IMG/VR virus record: IMGVR_UViG_3300032523_001510
DNA: 64,000 nt
Source of the DNA: an uncultured virus (IMG/VR IMGVR_UViG_3300032523_001510)
Taxonomy: Duplodnaviria > Heunggongvirae > Uroviricota > Caudoviricetes
Strand: one strand, 5' to 3'
A program made the position numbers and the translations under genes. The notes under the pieces are model-generated. The model saw only the letters and a list, made by a program, of their open reading frames with translations, did no database searches and was not told where the DNA came from. Positions within the stretch are counted from its first letter, which is position 1; each line of letters begins with the position of its first letter. Shown here piece after piece: positions 10,246 through 19,521 of this stretch.

Positions 10246-10698
10246 ATGAGATCCCCAAGAAAGAAAGTTTCGAGAAGAGAACAAAAACAATTAAACATTG
10301 AAAAAAGAGCCAACAATTTGTCTGGAACTGGTGTATATATATTTCAAAACATAACAAGTGGTGAATTTATGTTGCCAAAGCGATCCTTAGATGGAAAAGC
10401 TAGCGTAAGGTCGAAAGATCAATTTCAAGGAGATAGTTACTTCTTTAAATTTATTGGACCTCCAACCAATTTGTTAAAACTTATTAAACGATTAGAAGAA
10501 ACAAAGGAAAAGGTGGATACTATGACAGATAAATTAATTCTCGATCAGCCCGATCAAATCACAAATCAAGGCAAGATCGAACATGTAGTGGCAGATAATC
10601 AAAAAGCATTAATTAAAGAAAATGATGCTAGTAAAAACGAAGAAAATGTTCTAATTACAGAAAATCCAATCGATGGATTGGAGATTATATTGGGGTAA
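10246..10698 (+). CDS. Hypothetical protein
   Basis: 150 aa ORF with AAGGA RBS. Confidence 0.75.
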   Translation: MRSPRKKVSRREQKQLNIEKRANNLSGTGVYIFQNITSGEFMLPKRSLDGKASVRSKDQFQGDSYFFKFIGPPTNLLKLIKRLEETKEKVDTMTDKLILDQPDQITNQGKIEHVVADNQKALIKENDASKNEENVLITENPIDGLEIILG

Positions 10699-11719
10699 AT
10701 TGAGTTTATTTGTATACAAAGAAAACGAACAAATACTTCAAAAAACTATAATTGATGTTAAAGAAAAATTAAACATAGACTTTGTTGAAACATTTTTTGG
10801 TTACAACAAAGTCTATAAATTTAAAGATTTTTCATTAAGTTATTTGTCTTCCACTTCGTATTCGCAACACTTAGATGGAATTTGCGATATAAATTTTAAT
10901 AGTAAAGAATTATATGTAATTTGTCCTGTAGTTTTAAGATACGGACTTTATGTTGAAGAAAATGATAAAAATGAATACGAAGAAATAATAAAATTATTTT
11001 TAAAAAATTTAAAGTTTTTTAATCAACAAAAAAACAAACATATATTTTTTTTGCCGGGAGACAACAAGGATGTTTACGAATGCATGCAAGACTCAATTGT
11101 TTTTACAGTTTCTCCTAGTTTAAAAACAAATGGACTTCCACTTTACTACACTTCTCCCACAATATGCAATGAAATAACAGACATAACAACATGCCCGATA
11201 GATGTTTCATTCCAAGGATCATTAAACACTCATTCGATAAGACCAAAATCTGTAAACACACTTTATAAAATAAAAAATTATTCCACCTTAATAGAATGTA
11301 ATTTTGAATTCATAGAATTCTTAGAAAACAAAGAGTACCTTAGATCGACTTACAAAAAATCCATAGAAATATGCAAATTCGTTCTTTGTCCAAGAGGTCG
11401 TGGAAGCAACAGCATAAGATTTTATGAGGCTTTGAATTTTGGTAAAATACCCATTCTTATTTCAGATGATGTGAAGCTACCATTAGAATCAAAAATAAAT
11501 TATTCTGAATTTTCTATAAAAATACCAGAAAAAGATGTTTCAAAAATTGAAATTTACATTGATGAATTTTTAAGAAACCACGATATAAAAACAGCTTCAG
11601 AAAAAGCAAGAGAGACATCTATGAAATGGTTTTCTGCTAATTCAATTTCAGATTTTGTTAATGAATCTATAAAAGAAAAAATCACAAAAAATGTCGTAAA
11701 AGAACAATTGCTTGTTTGA
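10673..11719 (+). CDS. Exostosin-family (GT47-like) glycosyltransferase
   Basis: KFVLCPRGRGSNSIRFYEALNFGKIPILISDD...LP signature. The start may be the TTG near 10700. Confidence 0.85.
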   Translation: MDWRLYWGKLSLFVYKENEQILQKTIIDVKEKLNIDFVETFFGYNKVYKFKDFSLSYLSSTSYSQHLDGICDINFNSKELYVICPVVLRYGLYVEENDKNEYEEIIKLFLKNLKFFNQQKNKHIFFLPGDNKDVYECMQDSIVFTVSPSLKTNGLPLYYTSPTICNEITDITTCPIDVSFQGSLNTHSIRPKSVNTLYKIKNYSTLIECNFEFIEFLENKEYLRSTYKKSIEICKFVLCPRGRGSNSIRFYEALNFGKIPILISDDVKLPLESKINYSEFSIKIPEKDVSKIEIYIDEFLRNHDIKTASEKARETSMKWFSANSISDFVNESIKEKITKNVVKEQLLV

Positions 11720-11720
11720 A

Positions 11721-12266
11721 CTAATTCTTAGGACCTCTTTTGAGAGGCACGGGCTTTAGTTTTTCTTGATGTTTGTCTGGCTTGCCTTTTAATCCATGCA
11801 TTACATTATGTAGTTGTTTTGCCACTTCAACTGCTGAATCTCCATCACACTTTTCTGTGCTTTGAATTGAAACTGATTTTCGCATCTTGTTGTAATGACC
11901 TTTGGAAATGACAAAACATTTACTGGTATCATTCCATGTCACTGCTCCTACCCAAGTACCATCATCCCAATTTCTGGAAGTAACTAACAATCTTAAGGGT
12001 TTATGCTCGAAAACATGTTTGGTATGATATCCGTGCTTTTTTAATGCAGCACTTATGTATCCCAAAGCTATCTTGGCAAAACCATTAAGAACATCATCTT
12101 TTTTAGTTCTGTAATTTACTTCTACACTATAACGAGATATTTCAGAAACTTCATTGATGTTTTCATGAGACGAATTAAATGAATTTAAAACAAACTCAAC
12201 GATTTCATCTTGAGTAGCCTTATCAAAAGAACAAGTTTCATAAAACCAATTTTTAAAATTATTCAT
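11721..12266 (-). CDS. Hypothetical protein with capsid-targeting-like N-terminus
   Basis: Start moved to MNNFKNWFYE (12266), just downstream of the neck gene. Confidence 0.75.
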   Translation of the reverse strand: MNNFKNWFYETCSFDKATQDEIVEFVLNSFNSSHENINEVSEISRYSVEVNYRTKKDDVLNGFAKIALGYISAALKKHGYHTKHVFEHKPLRLLVTSRNWDDGTWVGAVTWNDTSKCFVISKGHYNKMRKSVSIQSTEKCDGDSAVEVAKQLHNVMHGLKGKPDKHQEKLKPVPLKRGPKN

Positions 12267-12270
12267 ATTT

Positions 12271-13140
12271 TTAACCAAAAGTAGGACCAAGTACATCACC
12301 GAATCTAGTAATTAATCTTTCTTCCCAGTCTTTTTTATCTTGGATTCCTTCTTGCAAAATAGCTTGTCCATCTAATTGAACACCACCATTAGGACCGGGA
12401 GGATTACCGATTTTACTTCTAATTCTTCCTATAATTATTTTAGCAAACGCCAAAGCACCTTCTTGCATTGCTTGGGTCACTTCTCTGAAGTCTGGTTTTT
12501 TCTGAAGGTATTTAACCGCAACACCATAAGTTCTGTAAGGAACAGGATAAAGTTTTATTGTATTATATCCAGCTAACCACTCCCATCCACCTTGTTGACC
12601 AGACACTCTATTATACATATCTTCGTATTGTTTGTAGAGGACCCACTCACTCATTTTTCCCCATACTGGCTGTTGTGGATTTATACCACCAGCTATGCTT
12701 CCGTAAGCTCCAGCACCCATGTATTCCAAAGGTATTACACCACCAAGATCTGAAGCGGAAAAAGCATAATTTGCAGTTTCTTTGTAAGATATGCTTCTTA
12801 CATATCCTACATCGTTTGGTAAATCATAAACTGATTTACCCGGTACGCTATAAAATGTATAATATTGAAAATACTCAGCAGGAGCGTAATCTTCAAAAAC
12901 TTGAAGACTTAAATCAACAGAAGCATCAAGTTGTTGTTGGTCTAACTCTAATGTTATAACTGGCGCACCTAGCATAAGTAAAACATAGTCTCTGATTTGT
13001 TCTTTTACCTTGTCTCTATTTTTTCTAGAGCCAATCTTGTAGATAGGATCATTGACCCCACCACCAGTTGAACATCCCGAACAAAGGTTGTTAAAGTTGT
13101 CTTGAGAAGGTCTGGTTGTGTACATCATATTATTTTGCAT
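12271..13140 (-). CDS. Neck/head-tail adaptor protein, T4 gp13-like
   Basis: YVLLMLGAPVITLELDQQQL and GRIRSK...PGPNGGVQLDGQAILQEG motifs. Confidence 0.85.
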   Translation of the reverse strand: MQNNMMYTTRPSQDNFNNLCSGCSTGGGVNDPIYKIGSRKNRDKVKEQIRDYVLLMLGAPVITLELDQQQLDASVDLSLQVFEDYAPAEYFQYYTFYSVPGKSVYDLPNDVGYVRSISYKETANYAFSASDLGGVIPLEYMGAGAYGSIAGGINPQQPVWGKMSEWVLYKQYEDMYNRVSGQQGGWEWLAGYNTIKLYPVPYRTYGVAVKYLQKKPDFREVTQAMQEGALAFAKIIIGRIRSKIGNPPGPNGGVQLDGQAILQEGIQDKKDWEERLITRFGDVLGPTFG

Positions 13141-13189
13141 AGGTAATATATATATTACTGTTACACATAAAACATTAAGGTATTAAAAA

Positions 13190-16100
13190 ATGTCAATAAT
13201 AAGTTACAAAGAATATAAGATCGCAAACGACAAAGATTACTTCGTGAAAAACAATATGTTGCTAGAAATGGCACAACTTGATGATGTATCGACTTTGCCA
13301 GTTTATTTTGATGACGACGATATAGAATTCTTATCTAGTTTCCCAACACCTCTTTGGAGCATGGCCTTATATCAGAGATATGAGACATTCTTAAGAAACG
13401 CACTATTCGAAAGATGCGAACAAAGGATAAATGTCGAACATGCAATATATGATGAATATGTAAGAATCATAAAAGATTTTGGTAAAAAAAAATATTCAAA
13501 CACAACAAAAAAAGAAATAGAAATAAATTTCGAATCAATTAAAAATTTAGAAGAAACTAAAAATTTAAACATTAGCGACGAAGAAATAAACAAAATAGAT
13601 AAGCAAACAATATTAGATTGGATCGATAATACAGTTTTAGTAAAAAAACAAAACGAAGAGAATCTAGAATCAATAAAGACAGAAGATAACAAACAATTTT
13701 TTGAATTGAGTAAAACAAATTACATCACTTCTTCGATTAAAGGAACAGTAGAAAAAAATAAAATCTGTGAAAAATGTCAAGGCAAAAAAGAAATAGAATC
13801 AGAAGAAGGATTTGAAAGATGTAATGTTTGTTACGGTACAGGCAAAATTTCTGTGAACCCAATAGAGTTTAAATGGGATGGCAAAAAATTTATCACTACA
13901 CAACAACAAAATACAATTAAAAACATATCTTTAAATAAAAAAATAATTGAAATAACATATGATGAAAATTACAAAAATTCAATTGAAGGAACAACCATTG
14001 TAATCAATTATGATTACAATACATTCGATGAAGAAGCAATTAAAGATTTCGCACAACTAGAAACATACAATATAATCAAAAAGTACATGCCATTCCCAGT
14101 AAAAAGCAATAATTTCGATCCCGACAAAGAAGATGATTATGATTTTAGTTCTATCGAGGGTTCTAGTAAACGCTTAGTTGGCAAAATACGAGCTAAATCT
14201 TTTATCGTACGATTAATCGCAAAATTAGAACAAGACAATAACGAGCCTCATTTCAAAGGATCAGGATTGGAAGGCTCCGAAGGACAATACGGATACGATC
14301 TAAGTGGTGGGTTTGATCCAAATAAAAGATGCTCTAAAGAATCAGCAATCACGGGATTTTTAATTCCCCAAAAAGACACAATATCAACAAGCATAAAAGA
14401 ATTTTTAAGTGATAACCACCATGAGTACTATGGAAAAACACATGAATTTAAAAATTACATAGATTGCTTGGGCGAAATGAAAGTAATATCGGGACAAAGG
14501 ATTTGGGTAAAATCTCCCGATATTGTAATTTTGATGAAATACCACAAAAAAGATCTATACAATGACTTTAAAAATATTAATGTAATATTTAAATTTATCG
14601 AAAACGAAACTAGTGAAAATATCAAAAACATGAAAGAAGAATTAATAAAAGAATACGGAAAAGAAGCATATGAAGATTCTATAAAAAAATTAAAAAATCT
14701 ACATGATATAAAAGTTAATATAAATTATAACGAAACTGAACGGAAACAAAAATTTGAAACCATCAAAGACGATAACATTAAATCAAAATTTAAATTCGCT
14801 GAAGAAAAACAAGAAGTGTCGTATGGTCCAATAAGGGGCATTAAAAAAGGTGATTTGGGGGATACAGATCACCTTGAAGGTATAAAATCGTTAATACAAT
14901 CAAGAGTTTATAATGCTCTCAGGATTAGTATAAATAGTGGAAATGATGAAACTTTTAGTTTTAAGTATTTTACAAACGGAGTGGAATCAAAATACAATCT
15001 TCCAATTCATCCCATGGACGATTGGGAAGATGTAAACAAAAAATCTACAAATGGACAAAAAAACATATACATAGAAAAACTAAATGATACCATAACTGAT
15101 GCCAGTAACAAAGAAGCAATTCAAAATTATCTCAAAGATTACGATAATGATTATATAATAGCCATCAAAACATTCTCAAGCAAAGGAAGAAATATTTTTG
15201 GTATAATTGCAAGTAAAATTGCAAATACAATAATGAAAGAACTTATTAAAGATAAGAAAATTTCCATTCCTCATCAAAAAAACAAGTATCTCGATCATCC
15301 AGCTAAATCACACGTTACTCATCATGAACTTGGTGGAAAACCTTGGAGTGCTGGAAATATCGTTCTGCCCAACCAAATAAAAAGTATAAAATATATCAAT
15401 GAAAAGGGAGAAGTAGAGGAGAGGGAACTACATGTAGCTTTGGTTCTTCCTAGTCACCCACACAGACCTTTTAAATCTAGAGATGATTACGAATACAATA
15501 AGGACGATGAATTTAAGGATAATACAATTTATTCCGATGAGGAAGAAAGACGAACTGGACACTACGGAGATAGAGCAAAAGTTACAAGTGAAGAAAACGA
15601 GATGGGAGTAAGCCAACTGTCGGGAGCAAGAACTCCGGGCTTAAAATTAAATTCAAACGATAAACCACAAAAAACCTATCCTAGAGGTACACCGCAATAC
15701 ATACAAGCATATAAATCGATCAATGAAAGAAGCGACATGGTTTATACGCCTATAACAGACATGGGAATATCTAATATTAAAGAAGTGAAAGAAGCTATCG
15801 AAAAATACAAAAAAGAAAATAATTATAATATAGATGAAGAGCGTGAGCGTCCAATTTATATTGAAGCCATATGTGAAGTTTTCAAAAGTATTCATGGTTC
15901 TAGAGAAAAAATTGCAATTTGTTTCGAAAAATTTCTTAATTATTTAGAAGAGCAAGTAAGAAATAATTTAAGAAATAAAATGGTTACTTACAAAGAAGAA
16001 ATTTTAGACCCTAATGATAAAGAAAAAGAAAAAAAAATAAAGAAAGCAAGAAACACATTCAAGAAATGGCTTAAAGGTAAGTTAAAGTCTAAAGTTGCAG

Positions 16101-16795
16101 AACATAATGTTTGCGAAAATGATGATACTGGATCAAGAAGATTGTCTCCGATTAAGGGAAAGGTAGGTAAGATAGTTAATAATAAAGGTGGAGATGAAGG
16201 AAATACCGAAAGAGAACTCGAAGATCCTCTGTTGAATGACAAAACAGCTACAACTGATCTATACAAAGCCTTTGCAGATGAAGGTAAAGAAGTCAAGAGA
16301 GGTGAAAAACCACAAACAAAGAGAAAAATAACAGATGTAAGAAAAGTTTTTCTAAATGATAAAACACTAGATGGTGAATTTGCAAAAATGGCCATTTTGC
16401 ACATCGAAGATAATTTTAAAAATATATACAGTATTGGTATTGAGAGAGACGAATTAATAAACAAAGCAATGTCATTAGGAAATGACTATTTAAAAAGCAA
16501 AGAATTGTTTAATGGTCGCTCAAATATATTTTATAAAAATGTAGATTCAAAAATCAAAAATATTTTATCTAACACAGAATTTCTTGATGAACTTATTGGT
16601 GTACTTAAGAATGATATAGATCCAGATGAACTAAAGAAAAAGAACAATATAGATCCAGAGCCAATAACGACAACTCCAGAGCCAATAACGACAACTGCAA
16701 CACCACCACCAGAAGAAGTAATACCCATCAGCTGGAAAGACTTTAGAGCAGCAGAAAAAGCAAAAAAATTAGCACAACAACAAAAACTAAATTAA
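13190..16795 (+). CDS. Large (1201 aa) hypothetical protein with DnaJ-type CxxCxGxG zinc finger
   Basis: Long open frame with CEKCQGKK...CNVCYGTG and a duplicated PEPITTT near the C-terminus. Confidence 0.8.
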   Translation: MSIISYKEYKIANDKDYFVKNNMLLEMAQLDDVSTLPVYFDDDDIEFLSSFPTPLWSMALYQRYETFLRNALFERCEQRINVEHAIYDEYVRIIKDFGKKKYSNTTKKEIEINFESIKNLEETKNLNISDEEINKIDKQTILDWIDNTVLVKKQNEENLESIKTEDNKQFFELSKTNYITSSIKGTVEKNKICEKCQGKKEIESEEGFERCNVCYGTGKISVNPIEFKWDGKKFITTQQQNTIKNISLNKKIIEITYDENYKNSIEGTTIVINYDYNTFDEEAIKDFAQLETYNIIKKYMPFPVKSNNFDPDKEDDYDFSSIEGSSKRLVGKIRAKSFIVRLIAKLEQDNNEPHFKGSGLEGSEGQYGYDLSGGFDPNKRCSKESAITGFLIPQKDTISTSIKEFLSDNHHEYYGKTHEFKNYIDCLGEMKVISGQRIWVKSPDIVILMKYHKKDLYNDFKNINVIFKFIENETSENIKNMKEELIKEYGKEAYEDSIKKLKNLHDIKVNINYNETERKQKFETIKDDNIKSKFKFAEEKQEVSYGPIRGIKKGDLGDTDHLEGIKSLIQSRVYNALRISINSGNDETFSFKYFTNGVESKYNLPIHPMDDWEDVNKKSTNGQKNIYIEKLNDTITDASNKEAIQNYLKDYDNDYIIAIKTFSSKGRNIFGIIASKIANTIMKELIKDKKISIPHQKNKYLDHPAKSHVTHHELGGKPWSAGNIVLPNQIKSIKYINEKGEVEERELHVALVLPSHPHRPFKSRDDYEYNKDDEFKDNTIYSDEEERRTGHYGDRAKVTSEENEMGVSQLSGARTPGLKLNSNDKPQKTYPRGTPQYIQAYKSINERSDMVYTPITDMGISNIKEVKEAIEKYKKENNYNIDEERERPIYIEAICEVFKSIHGSREKIAICFEKFLNYLEEQVRNNLRNKMVTYKEEILDPNDKEKEKKIKKARNTFKKWLKGKLKSKVAEHNVCENDDTGSRRLSPIKGKVGKIVNNKGGDEGNTERELEDPLLNDKTATTDLYKAFADEGKEVKRGEKPQTKRKITDVRKVFLNDKTLDGEFAKMAILHIEDNFKNIYSIGIERDELINKAMSLGNDYLKSKELFNGRSNIFYKNVDSKIKNILSNTEFLDELIGVLKNDIDPDELKKKNNIDPEPITTTPEPITTTATPPPEEVIPISWKDFRAAEKAKKLAQQQKLN

Positions 16796-16804
16796 GGTAA
16801 AAAA

Positions 16805-17083
16805 ATGAATAGTATATCGAGTTTGTTTACAGATCCAAAAATTCAACAAATAAAAAAATTGGTTTTTGAAATTTCAAAAACAAAATATGTTGAAAATGAA
16901 GAAATAATAGAAAGATTATGTTCCCTTATATTAACAAAACACGATGGAGAGAAATTTATAAAACTAATAATGGACATTTACGAATCTGGCTATAAAAAAT
17001 CGGTTAACGATCATAAAGAAATACTTGAGAAACTTGGATATTCTGTTAAGATAACAGGCACTCAATCAGAAAATGCTGGTTGA
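16805..17083 (+). CDS. Hypothetical protein
   Basis: 92 aa ORF with AAGG RBS. Confidence 0.7.
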   Translation: MNSISSLFTDPKIQQIKKLVFEISKTKYVENEEIIERLCSLILTKHDGEKFIKLIMDIYESGYKKSVNDHKEILEKLGYSVKITGTQSENAG

Positions 17084-17631
17084 TAGGAAGAAATAACACA
17101 TTTAATAAGAAAGCCTCCAGACTTTTCTTCTAAGTGCGATACACTCCACCATCTTTTCATTTTGTTTTTAGGATACAATATTGAACCAAAGTCAATATTT
17201 TTAACTGTCGTCCAACATTCGAAATTAACATCTGTTTCTTCTGTTATCACTATTTCTAATACAAAAGGCGTATCGTATGAAATGGTTTTACGAACTTCAT
17301 CGTATAACGAATCCACTTTACTTTCTACTTTCGTAGGCAAACAATAACACAAGGTTGTTGGAATAGTTATTTTTTTATCTTGTTTTGGAGGTGGAACTTC
17401 TTCTTTTTTTATAGCCTCTTCTTGTTTGGGCGGATTTCTTTCCAATTCTTCGATGAAAGGATCTTTTTTTACAACTGTTTCTTGCGATACATTGTTATCT
17501 TCAGAACCAAAACTATAAGGATTCCATTCCATATTATGAAGAACATATCCATTCCAAGTTTTTTGTTCTTTCATAACTGGTATTGGACCGTTTAATTTAA
17601 AAATTGAACCATCTGAATTTTTAATAGCCAT
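17062..17631 (-). CDS. Hypothetical protein, probable divergent paralogue of the gp14-like neck protein
   Basis: Start moved to MAIKNSDG (17631). Shares three motif blocks with 18467..19009. Confidence 0.6.
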   Translation of the reverse strand: MAIKNSDGSIFKLNGPIPVMKEQKTWNGYVLHNMEWNPYSFGSEDNNVSQETVVKKDPFIEELERNPPKQEEAIKKEEVPPPKQDKKITIPTTLCYCLPTKVESKVDSLYDEVRKTISYDTPFVLEIVITEETDVNFECWTTVKNIDFGSILYPKNKMKRWWSVSHLEEKSGGFLIKCVISSYQPAFSD

Positions 17632-17715
17632 GCAATATAATATCAACATATATCTAAAAAATATTGTTAAGTAAAAAATACCAAAGGCAATACTATATAA
17701 GATTGTATCGGAAAT

Positions 17716-17830
17716 TATGATTTTTAATATGCCAATTAATTTGGTGAAATACCGTGGGGGTACACGGAAATTAAAGCTGGTTGAGAGGATAAGTTTCATG
17801 TCGAGAAATCAACAAGTCACCATCTAATAG
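17716..17830 (+). mobile_element. Degenerate IS200/IS605 tnpB 3'-end / omegaRNA-like remnant with no tnpB ORF
   Basis: accgtggggg-tacacggaaattaaagctggttga reads TVG/YTEIKAG across a frameshift. Stems ccgtg/cacgg, ggtga/tcacc and gttga/tcaac. Confidence 0.45.
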
Positions 17831-17908
17831 ACCAGAATCAAACAAAAAATCTGTTTATAGATTTTTATAAGTTTGTATACCAAAATTACTTTTTGGAGAT
17901 TGATTTAC

Positions 17909-18364
17909 ATGCCACTTATAGTTCCAAATGATAGCGAAATTCTCCTGTTGCAATATATAGTTAACTCTACCAATACTGATGGAACTGCACCTACGGCTAC
18001 AGTTGCAACATATTCTAGTGGCAACAGAGTGTTACATCTTTTCACAAACAATTTAACTCCAGCAGAAACGACGACTATTGGTGCAGTAACAGAGGCAACA
18101 GCATCTGGATACGCATCAATTACTCTTCTTGGCACAGCATGGAGCATTGGTACTGATGGGGGTGGAGTAACTACTGCAAGTTATTCTGAAGTTACATTTA
18201 CATTTACAACCGCAGTAACTTGTTATGGATATTACATTACCACTAGTGCTTCGTATTCTGGCGGTGTAAAACTACTATGGCTTGAACGATTTACAGGCGC
18301 ACCTTTCCAATTGCCTTCTGGTGGTGGTCAAATCGCTATTACACCAAAAGTTTCACTAGAATAA
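17909..18364 (+). CDS. Thr-rich beta-structured putative virion protein
   Basis: GGAG RBS before MPLIV; LHLFTNNLTP...YGYYIT...LLWLERF; promoter motif upstream and terminator downstream; lies in the structural module. Confidence 0.7.
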   Translation: MPLIVPNDSEILLLQYIVNSTNTDGTAPTATVATYSSGNRVLHLFTNNLTPAETTTIGAVTEATASGYASITLLGTAWSIGTDGGGVTTASYSEVTFTFTTAVTCYGYYITTSASYSGGVKLLWLERFTGAPFQLPSGGGQIAITPKVSLE

Positions 18365-18389
18365 CAAACAAAACATGGTTTTATAAATT

Positions 18390-18425
18390 AAAAAGGGTCG
18401 ATTTAATAATCGACCCTTTTTTTTT
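18390..18425 (+). terminator. Intrinsic terminator
   Basis: aaaagggtcgatt / aatcgacccttt stem followed by a T tract. Confidence 0.9.
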
Positions 18426-18466
18426 AATTTTAAGCAATATATAGATTGTCACAAACTGGGGTGGAA

Positions 18467-19009
18467 ATGATTTACAATTGCGATGGAACACCATATAAAC
18501 CAAGTGGTACATACCAACAATACAATCCAAACAATCCAGAACACGATTTGTTTAATTCGTGGGATCAAGAATCATTGCGTAGAGGTGGATCGCCAATATT
18601 TTATTACGAAGTTTTCATCCAACCACAAACAGTTGATCCCATTTATTTTGAAGATCGTGGTAAACTTTTCAGCCCAATTCCAGTCGAGCTTTGGGGTAAC
18701 TACGAACCAGTACCTTCTCAAAATTATATGAGTGCGTTTGGTATAGACGCACCAGACGAAATGAGATTTGAAGTAAATTATAGAGCCACATTAAAATCAA
18801 TTGGTCATCCACCAAAAATAGGTTCAAGAATTTTCACTCCACATCTAAGAGAAAATTGGGTGGTGATTCAACGGAATTTAGGGGAATTTAAATTGTGGGG
18901 TGCTTTGCGATTGGAATTAATTTGTCAAAGATTCCAAGAGTCTCTTACCACTGGAGAAGGAAAAGTTACAGAAGAACAACCAAAAGTACAAAAAATTAAA
19001 ATCATATAA
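18467..19009 (+). CDS. Neck/head-closure protein, T4 gp14-like
   Basis: QESLRRGGSPIFYY, VDPIYFED, SAFGIDAPDE and PKIGSRI motifs; lies before the gp15 and sheath genes. Confidence 0.75.
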   Translation: MIYNCDGTPYKPSGTYQQYNPNNPEHDLFNSWDQESLRRGGSPIFYYEVFIQPQTVDPIYFEDRGKLFSPIPVELWGNYEPVPSQNYMSAFGIDAPDEMRFEVNYRATLKSIGHPPKIGSRIFTPHLRENWVVIQRNLGEFKLWGALRLELICQRFQESLTTGEGKVTEEQPKVQKIKII

Positions 19010-19019
19010 GGAGTCAAAA

Positions 19020-19361
19020 ATGAACTTTTATAAACTAAACAATCTTATTCTTGAAGAAATCGAAGTCAACAAGGATCAATCTGGGGTAGATGCTCCAGCC
19101 AACGACAATGCAGTCAGCGCCTTTAAACCTGTACTTCAAGCATTAATCGACAAGGTTCAAAATGAAAAAGTAAAAAAAATGATTCAAGAATTTATTGATA
19201 AACTTTCTGGAACCACAACCGAGCCTTCTAAAGAAAAAGCTCCAGAAAAAGCATCGCCATCTGGCGAAGTTCCTGCTCAACCTTCTGCTCCACCACCATC
19301 TGGTAGTGCAGAAATGCCACCAGAACCACCATCAACGCCACCAACACCACCCCAAATGTAA
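19020..19361 (+). CDS. Pro-rich hypothetical protein
   Basis: AGGAG RBS; begins MNFYKLNNLILEE; Pro-rich tail. Confidence 0.75.
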   Translation: MNFYKLNNLILEEIEVNKDQSGVDAPANDNAVSAFKPVLQALIDKVQNEKVKKMIQEFIDKLSGTTTEPSKEKAPEKASPSGEVPAQPSAPPPSGSAEMPPEPPSTPPTPPQM

Positions 19362-19521
19362 TATTTCCTACTTGGACTTATGAGCATAAAAGGAATTTTT
19401 ATTTTCTTAATATATCTCGGTTCGTATTGATATAAAAACTTTTTTTGGTTGGTTTTTTTGGTTGTTATAAATTTCATGATATAAAATATAATAGTAAATG
19501 TTTTATTAAAAAGGATAAGCA

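Noticed and set aside
17632..17799. N-terminal extension of ORF 17062..17799
   Set aside because: It runs antisense through the promoter and structured leader. Similarity to the gp14-like protein begins at the ATG at 17631.
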